The notes under the pieces: model-generated
Databases searched by the model: none
What the model was told of the DNA's origin: nothing
Seen by the model: the letters and a program-made list of their open reading frames with translations, nothing else
NCBI GenBank assembly: GCA_013426755.1
Contig: AP019861.1
Coordinates: 1,632,489-1,696,488 of the forward strand
From: Spirochaetota bacterium
GTDB taxonomy: Bacteria; Spirochaetota; UBA12135; COTS27
Direction: 5' to 3'
DNA: 64,000 nucleotides
Shown: positions 40,857-47,719 of the stretch, piece after piece
How the letters are laid out: each line of letters begins with the position of its first letter
Position numbering within the stretch: the first letter of the stretch is position 1
Made by a program: the position numbers and the translations under genes

Positions 40857-40879
40857 GTTTCCCTTATTTTAAGGGAAAC
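40857..40879 (-). terminator. Conserved hairpin downstream of paralog 14
   Basis: gtttccctta-ttt-taagggaaac, with a T-tract shortly after on the minus strand. Confidence 0.55.
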
Positions 40880-40947
40880 TAAGTCATTAGAAACTATTTC
40901 TGAGTGATAAGAATTGGCTCTCTCCGCAGTGATTTTTACTTAAAAAA

Positions 40948-43863
40948 CTATATGCCCATGCATTCGGTCGGTACAGGCGTAACATATTGACGATTGGCGC
41001 AGGCGACTGTTTTAAGACGGGGGTACTGGGTGGTGGGTGTAAATTCCCAGATATCGCCGTCCCATCCCGTAGACGTTGCAGTTAAACTCTGAAGTGCTGT
41101 CATGCTCTGTCCTGTTACGTTAGCCGTCTCAAGCGTCGGAACAGGAGGAGTACCCGTCAGCGTAGGATCATCAGAACCCACTGCTTCTTTATTTGTTCCC
41201 GTTTGCTCCGTGTTAGTTATCGTTAACGTAGCTTCGTTATTAAAATAGGATGCCATTACACCTACGCTAATGGATGCAAAGTCTCCTCCGGTAACGAAAT
41301 CACCATTTCCACCGATAAAGAGCCCTACATTTGTATCTGTCATTCCTGTAACATTGCCTGTCGCATAGGAATGGGTGATTGTAGACATACTCATAGCGTC
41401 CGTCACATTCCACCCGACCAAGCCTCCGACCTGTTCGTTTCCTGTAACATTGCCTGTTGCATAGGAATCACTTATCGTAGATGCAGAGGCACGCCCGACC
41501 AGACCTCCAGCATTAGTAGCTAATAAACCCATTCTTATTGAAACTTCGCCTGTCGCATAGGAATGACTGATCATACTCCCATCAGCCCGACCGACCAAGC
41601 CTCCGACCGAACTATCTCCTGTAACAGTGCCTGTCGCATAGGAATAACTTATCGTAGATGTAGAGGCACGCCCGATCAAACCTCCGGCATTAGCAGTTAT
41701 TGAACCTCCTATTAAAACATTGCCTGTCGCATAGGAACGACTGATCGTACTCCTATCAACCCGACCGACCAAGCCTCCGACCGAACCACCTCCTGCAACA
41801 TCGCCTATCGCATAGGAACTAGTGATCGTACTCCTATCAACCCGACCGACCAAGCCTCCGACATTATTTTTTCCCCTCACATTAACAGCTGTTAGAACGC
41901 AGTTCTGAATCGTCGCACCCGAAACATGCGCGAATAACCCTATATCATCGGTAGTCTCTCTATTAATATAAAGATTAGCAATCTCCTTATTACCACAGTC
42001 AAACATGCCCGCAAAACTGATACTACTCGTACCCATAGGAGTGAAACCTGGTCCGTTAGTGCTTTCACTACTTGTCTGGCTCCAGGGTGCCTGAGCTACG
42101 CCGAGGTCTATATCCGCAGTCACCTTGTAGTGTGCAGTTCTATACGGCTGACCAGCATCGGTCGCTGCGTTAGAAATATTAATTGATGCAGCAAATACGT
42201 TTAACCTTCTATCGTTATCAATGATGAAAGGATCAGTACTCGTTCCTACTCCTGAGAGAGCTGTCGCGGTAGTAAGGGGAAAAGCACAAGCTGACGTCAT
42301 CACGGTCAGTGGCGTAAAGGTCTCAATCTCAGTACTGCCCTCACTTAAAACCAGAGAGACATCATCATAAGTGGTGGCCGTATATGAATTAATAGCAGGA
42401 TCGCTCATCACCGTAAGTGTATAAGCAGTTGTACTCTTCGTTCCACCCTCAAGAACTTCATATGAAGACAAAAATACAGCACACTCTTTTAGTTCAATCG
42501 TAGTTGAACTAGGTGGTATAACACCCTCTGTTAGTAGCAGCTCTGTCGTAATGTCCCCTTCATTTCCGCCAGGGAACCTCAACTGAATCAAAGCTTCTAA
42601 ATCTAACTGCACATAGTATATTACGGCAGTACTTGGCAAGTCTGCAGACTCTACTGCAAATGCCAGCCCTTCATTGGTTGGCGTCATTGTGCTCATGATG
42701 CCCTCAACATTGAAAAGCGAAGCTGGTAAAATTAACGCATTACCTGATCCTGTTATCGTATTATCACCTCGTGCCGTCACAGTATACTTTGAAGACACCG
42801 TAAGTGTCAGCGTTTCAGTAAACATAATCATATCTCTATTTGTAATGCCACCGATCGTAACGATATTGTTATTATTATCAATCGATGTGATAGTCGCATC
42901 ATTGTAAGTGGAGTCTCTTCCATCCGCAAAGTCAATATCTGCTACCATAAGCGGCGGAGGGGAAACTGGCATGTCAAGAAGCAATCGAACCGTATATGTG
43001 ACAGGTGTTCCACCCTCTGTTACAGGCGTAAGTGTGAATTGTTGGGCACTGGTACTATCTAATGTGATTGTCTCCATGCCTACTCCGTCTGGATTTAATT
43101 GCATAGCCGAAATAGTAATACCCGACTCAGGAGTAACTGTGTACTGACTCTCTGGATCAGCAATAGTCACCGTCAGAGTCTCCGTCTTTGCCCTATCAGT
43201 TAGATTAGTAATACCACTGATAATGATAAAATTCGTCTCAATATTTACTGTATACGAAAAAGAAGGATACCGTGAAGGTTCTCCTGGGGGAGTGTTTAGC
43301 ATAACCCTAATGTCTTCTACCGCAAACGAAGGCAAAAGCACCGGCGGCGGCGTGTACTCAGCCAGCCGCACCTCAATGCTATACGTTATAACTTCTCCGC
43401 CATCTGCTGGTGTGATGACAAATTTAGAATTATCACTTTCTAACCTATTCGTTACCGCATTAGTCCCTTCTGGGTTTAATACAGCAGCAGAAATTACAAT
43501 AGACTCCGGTGTAACCGTATAGGCTGGCGCATCAGTGTCCTTATCAACAATACTTATTGTGAGGGTCTGCTGCCTAGCATCCGCTAGATTAGTAATACCA
43601 CTAACAACGATCACAGCCGCTTCAATGGATATTACAGCTGAAGAGTACGGCGAAGTCTCGCCAACCGTTGGCGTAACCGTAATGTCTTCTAATTCAAGCG
43701 GAGATGGGACAGGGGGCGACGCACCATCATTACTCGCTGCCGACGTAGTACAACTCGTTATGAAAGCTGCAATTGTTATGCATAACAATAAAATTAAAGC
43801 AAATTTACCCAGATTGAAATAATTTTTACTAGTTTTTAACATTGATTTTTGTAGTAGGCTCAT
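40948..43863 (-). CDS. GLUG-repeat lipoprotein, paralog 14 (3 stalk domains)
   Basis: 971 aa; N-terminal part matches paralog 7, C-cap matches paralog 6. Confidence 0.93.
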   Translation of the reverse strand: MSLLQKSMLKTSKNYFNLGKFALILLLCITIAAFITSCTTSAASNDGASPPVPSPLELEDITVTPTVGETSPYSSAVISIEAAVIVVSGITNLADARQQTLTISIVDKDTDAPAYTVTPESIVISAAVLNPEGTNAVTNRLESDNSKFVITPADGGEVITYSIEVRLAEYTPPPVLLPSFAVEDIRVMLNTPPGEPSRYPSFSYTVNIETNFIIISGITNLTDRAKTETLTVTIADPESQYTVTPESGITISAMQLNPDGVGMETITLDSTSAQQFTLTPVTEGGTPVTYTVRLLLDMPVSPPPLMVADIDFADGRDSTYNDATITSIDNNNNIVTIGGITNRDMIMFTETLTLTVSSKYTVTARGDNTITGSGNALILPASLFNVEGIMSTMTPTNEGLAFAVESADLPSTAVIYYVQLDLEALIQLRFPGGNEGDITTELLLTEGVIPPSSTTIELKECAVFLSSYEVLEGGTKSTTAYTLTVMSDPAINSYTATTYDDVSLVLSEGSTEIETFTPLTVMTSACAFPLTTATALSGVGTSTDPFIIDNDRRLNVFAASINISNAATDAGQPYRTAHYKVTADIDLGVAQAPWSQTSSESTNGPGFTPMGTSSISFAGMFDCGNKEIANLYINRETTDDIGLFAHVSGATIQNCVLTAVNVRGKNNVGGLVGRVDRSTITSSYAIGDVAGGGSVGGLVGRVDRSTISRSYATGNVLIGGSITANAGGLIGRASTSTISYSYATGTVTGDSSVGGLVGRADGSMISHSYATGEVSIRMGLLATNAGGLVGRASASTISDSYATGNVTGNEQVGGLVGWNVTDAMSMSTITHSYATGNVTGMTDTNVGLFIGGNGDFVTGGDFASISVGVMASYFNNEATLTITNTEQTGTNKEAVGSDDPTLTGTPPVPTLETANVTGQSMTALQSLTATSTGWDGDIWEFTPTTQYPRLKTVACANRQYVTPVPTECMGI

Positions 43864-43964
43864 TATTTCTCCCTGTTATAATGATGTGAAATTAATTTTT
43901 AGATAATTGCACTTTAAATGGTTAAATGATTATTTGTCTGATTAGACACATCACTTGTACGATT

Positions 43965-43993
43965 AGTATAACACAAAATACTTGCTTTGACAA
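43965..43993 (-). promoter_or_regulatory. sigma70-type promoter for paralog 14
   Basis: TTGTCA-17bp-TATACT, extended -10 TG. Confidence 0.7.
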
Positions 43994-44232
43994 GTAAAAT
44001 TTTGTAATTTTTCATAAACTGGACTGTTTTTCTAAAAAAACCATGTGATTATACGCTAGGAATCGCATGTGTACGAGTAGACGAATAAGAATATTTAGAG
44101 CACTCTTTAAAACACTCCTTAGAGCACTCAATGGGCTCATAATCTCTTAGAGCTAGCTTATTAAAAAAAGCAATCTGCTACAACCAGACAGCTTTTTAAG
44201 TCGGGTAGCAAAAACTTATTAGCTTAGTGTTA

Positions 44233-46539
44233 CTAAGCAGATACGAGACTAGGTTTTTTAACGAAACGAAGCGAGTCGTCCATAGATTGATAAAGTGTCT
44301 CAACAGCAGCGGCGCAATCAAAAACAGCTTTTTCTTGTGAAATTGGGATGCCAGGTGAGGATGAGGTAGACTCGGAGGCATTAGAATTTTCTGTGAAAGA
44401 TTGACTTTGCGAAGCCGTTTTTTTAGCGATCTCAATAATGGACAGATGCTCCTGATGAATAAGCCCTGCTGTAATGAAATGTTTAGCAAAAAGCTCAAAT
44501 ATCTGCGTATCGACCTTACCTTCTAATCCTCGCGTAACGAGTAGCATGCGTGCGGATGCAAAGACAATCTTATAAAGAAGTTGTTCGATGGCAGATTGAT
44601 TAGATAAGTCTTCACCTTGCAGTGAAGCCAGTGTTTTTTTGGCTGTTTTAATGGTCTTTCTATCGACACCGATCATATCGAACATACCCGCAGAACATTC
44701 TGCTGTGCCGATTTCATCGAGTGAAATGACTTTTTTCGCCCCAAAATCTGTATAAAAATCAATGTTTTCATCAATACTAGGGACTTCTTCCTTGTACTTC
44801 TCACACAACCGTTCAATTGTTCCGATACCACGTGCGGTTAAGTAAGCGTAATAGTCTGGATATTGTGATTTGACGGAAAGATAGTCGGATAAGAAATCAT
44901 GAACAAATTGAGGAATATGCTTGGCGGCAATCTCTCCGTACTTGGTGGCATAAACGGTTTTACCGAAGCCAACGCGAGCGCCTGCTAGAACATTGTAACC
45001 TGGGTACATACGGCCATTTTTTCGCATAATCTTACCAAAAAAGCCAAGATGAGCAATATGATGCATACCACAGGTATTGGGACATCCCGACATATTCATT
45101 CTAAAGTCTTCTAATTCATCTAGGGGAAGACTACTTTCTGCTAGTCTTGTGCGAATGGCATCTGAGAGGCCGCGCGGCAGACAAATACCCAATTTGCAAG
45201 TCGAAGCTCCCGTGCAATTGATCATGTTTGAGAAAAATGAAGGAAATTTGACGAGCGTCTGTTCCATTTTCTTTGTGAGCATGAATACATTAGACGCGTA
45301 GGGTGCTGGAATATTGCGTAGGATGATGTTTTGATTGCGGCCACATCTGAGTGTATTTTGTCCTATTTTATTCAGAAAATCACACAAAAGCTCAGCGTCG
45401 ATCCGTTTGAGATCTCCCAGTCGTAGCGGAATTCGAATAGAAATAAGTTCTTTTTGTTTCTGCGTCCTGACGTAGCGTTTTTTCCACTTTGTGAAAGCAT
45501 TGCGATCTGCTGCTGGGATTTCTGCAATTGTAATATCAGGATTAAGTGTCGCATGATTGGGAAATATAAAGGGCTCAATGTCCAGATCTAAAGATCGGTC
45601 ATCTTTTATTTGATCAAATTCCTCAAAAAATAGTTTTTCAAATCCCTCACGTTCAAGTTTCTTCCACAGAAATTTGATACGACTCGTTGTTTTACTACGG
45701 CGGTTGCCATATTTATCGAACATTGTTTTAAGAGCGCGTGTAACGTGATACACTTGATAATCTGGAATAAATGGGAGTAGACAATGCCCAACGATTGGTC
45801 GTGCGCCCATTCCCCCCGCACAATACACCTTAAATCCTTTCTGCAGCTTACCAGCGGATTCACTATGCAATTCACTCTGCAGTTTGCCAGTGGATTCACT
45901 GCACAGTTCACTTTGCAGTTTGCTAGTGGATTCGCTTAGCGATTCACCGGCAACTTCACTACTCGGTTTCAATGTGGCTAAAAATCCCAAACACGTCGCT
46001 TGGGTAAACGCCGTATCCGCTTCACTATTAGAAAAAGCAATCTTAAATTTACGTGGCAAATTCCAAGAATCCCCTTCATCAATCATTCGTGTCGTAAGTG
46101 CCATTGCGTAAGGGTCTGGATCAAAGGCTTCGGTTGGCGATATTCCGGCGTCTTGCGATGTGAGAATGTTACGAATTGTGTTACCACCGCCGCCACGGGT
46201 CGACAGTCCGACTGCGTACAATTTTTTAATGACCGTTAAAATATCTTGGATGAGAACGTCATGAATTTGTAATTCTTGTCGTGTTGTGAAATGCACTTCA
46301 TCATTGCCGTAATTTTCAGCCAGCTCGGCTACTTTTTTTAATTGGCGTGGTGTTACCGCTCCAGACGCACAGCGAATACGGAGCATATAGGTATCATTCT
46401 GCCGCTGTTCGTAAACTCCGTGTGCAACACGAAGTGCTTTAAATTGTGTCGCATTGATCGTGCCTGCGACGAATCCCTTGATATCCTCAGCAAATTTAAT
46501 ATGCTCTTGTGCTAGTATTTCTGGTATCGTGTAAAACAT
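44233..46539 (-). CDS. Siroheme/4Fe-4S sulfite (or nitrite) reductase with C-terminal extension
   Basis: HGVYEQR, HFTTRQ, LPRKFKIAFS; Cys motifs NCTGASTCKLG and SGCPNTCGMH. Confidence 0.9.
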   Translation of the reverse strand: MFYTIPEILAQEHIKFAEDIKGFVAGTINATQFKALRVAHGVYEQRQNDTYMLRIRCASGAVTPRQLKKVAELAENYGNDEVHFTTRQELQIHDVLIQDILTVIKKLYAVGLSTRGGGGNTIRNILTSQDAGISPTEAFDPDPYAMALTTRMIDEGDSWNLPRKFKIAFSNSEADTAFTQATCLGFLATLKPSSEVAGESLSESTSKLQSELCSESTGKLQSELHSESAGKLQKGFKVYCAGGMGARPIVGHCLLPFIPDYQVYHVTRALKTMFDKYGNRRSKTTSRIKFLWKKLEREGFEKLFFEEFDQIKDDRSLDLDIEPFIFPNHATLNPDITIAEIPAADRNAFTKWKKRYVRTQKQKELISIRIPLRLGDLKRIDAELLCDFLNKIGQNTLRCGRNQNIILRNIPAPYASNVFMLTKKMEQTLVKFPSFFSNMINCTGASTCKLGICLPRGLSDAIRTRLAESSLPLDELEDFRMNMSGCPNTCGMHHIAHLGFFGKIMRKNGRMYPGYNVLAGARVGFGKTVYATKYGEIAAKHIPQFVHDFLSDYLSVKSQYPDYYAYLTARGIGTIERLCEKYKEEVPSIDENIDFYTDFGAKKVISLDEIGTAECSAGMFDMIGVDRKTIKTAKKTLASLQGEDLSNQSAIEQLLYKIVFASARMLLVTRGLEGKVDTQIFELFAKHFITAGLIHQEHLSIIEIAKKTASQSQSFTENSNASESTSSSPGIPISQEKAVFDCAAAVETLYQSMDDSLRFVKKPSLVSA

Positions 46540-46570
46540 GATGATATTGATGATGATTGAAATTGCTGTC

Positions 46571-46865
46571 TGTAATTTCTGAACAACTTGCTAATTGTAG
46601 ATTTTATATGACTTACTGCTTGTAATTTTTAGACAACTTGCTATTTATAGATTATATATGACTTACTGCTTGTAATTTTTAGACAACTTGCTACTTATAG
46701 ATTTTATATGACTTACTGCTTGTAATTTTTAGACAAATTGCTACTTGTAGATTTTATATGACTTACTGCTTGTAATTTTTAGACAACTTGCTATTTATAG
46801 ATTATATATGACTTACTGCTTGTAATTTGTATACGGCTTGTTGTTGGTAAGATTTATATAGATTG
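46571..46865. repeat. 50-bp tandem repeat, ~6 copies
   Basis: tgtaatttttagacaacttgcta..t.tagatt.tatatgacttactgct at 46571, 46621, 46671, 46721, 46771 and 46821. Confidence 0.92.
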
Positions 46866-46929
46866 CTGTTTATAAACTCATGAAATCCACAGGATTATTG
46901 CCTACGCTAAGCCAATTGAATATATGTTA

Positions 46930-46958
46930 ATTATACCAGAAAAATACAATATTAACAA
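46930..46958 (-). promoter_or_regulatory. Probable sigma70 promoter for the sulfite reductase
   Basis: TTGTTA-17bp-TATAAT with TG extended -10. Confidence 0.55.
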
Positions 46959-47095
46959 ATTTTCAACAAATCAAATTACCTTATTTTCTATGGTCTTTAA
47001 TGCAATTAAGCCGCCCGTTTAATACGGCATGCCGTACGGTCTGCTTAACTATTTATAACATGATTTTTATCTGAATTTCGGGCAGCTATCAAGTT

Positions 47096-47208
47096 TATAT
47101 TTAGAAACTACGTTTAGAGACCGTGTTTAGAGACTATGTTTAGAAATTAGGGTTAGAAATTATGTATAGAAATTATATTTAGCAATTGTATTTAGCAATT
47201 GTATTTAG
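47096..47208. repeat. Degenerate 13-bp minisatellite
   Basis: ta(c/t)gtttaga(a/g)a(c/t)-like units drifting towards tgtatttagcaat. Confidence 0.7.
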
Positions 47209-47719
47209 ATTCCTTTAAAAGTTTTTAACAGACATTTTCTGTATATGAAAATTTTTATGACTATTGATGAAAGTTTTATGACTACTAATGAATATTTTTA
47301 TGACTATTGCTGACTGTGTATTATTGCTTGTAATTGTATATAGCCGTTTATAAGTATTGATAGCTATTGACAACTATGATTGACAACTATGAGACAATCA
47401 TTACTTACTGCAGGTGGTTATTTGCTTGTAAATAGCTATTTACTGCGGTAGTGGTGCTCATTAATTAAATAAATAGTTCACTTTGGATTGAATTTAAGAT
47501 TAGGTTTAGATTTGAGATTATTAAGATTATTTGGGTTGAATTTAATGATACAATTTGCTATCGAGTGGTGATTCGAGAGGTGATTTTCCCTATATGATAT
47601 AGTTTTTTGAAATCACATAAGCTATGCTAATCAGCAGTGTATATTGATACAGTGTATATTGATATATTCGCTGTTAACAACGATAATATAATGAGATCTC
47701 TTTAAAAATTTATAAAGAG

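Noticed and set aside
17831-40947. Integron cassette array with attC sites
   Set aside because: No RYYYAAC...GTTRRRY boxes flank the hairpins, no integrase is present, and the genes are large paralogs with their own promoters.
1202-43822. Many short + strand ORFs in the track, some recurring with similar sequence
   Set aside because: Antisense shadows of the minus-strand paralogs; they recur because the host genes are duplicated.
16130-43863. Diversity-generating retroelement targets (lipoproteins with downstream hairpins)
   Set aside because: No reverse transcriptase or template repeat in the window. The C-termini are conserved rather than variable, and differences are block swaps, not evidently adenine-specific. 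A remote DGR is not formally excluded.
46540-47719. Replication origin at the switch in gene orientation
   Set aside because: No clustered DnaA boxes seen, no dnaA or rep gene, and no clear overall skew inversion.
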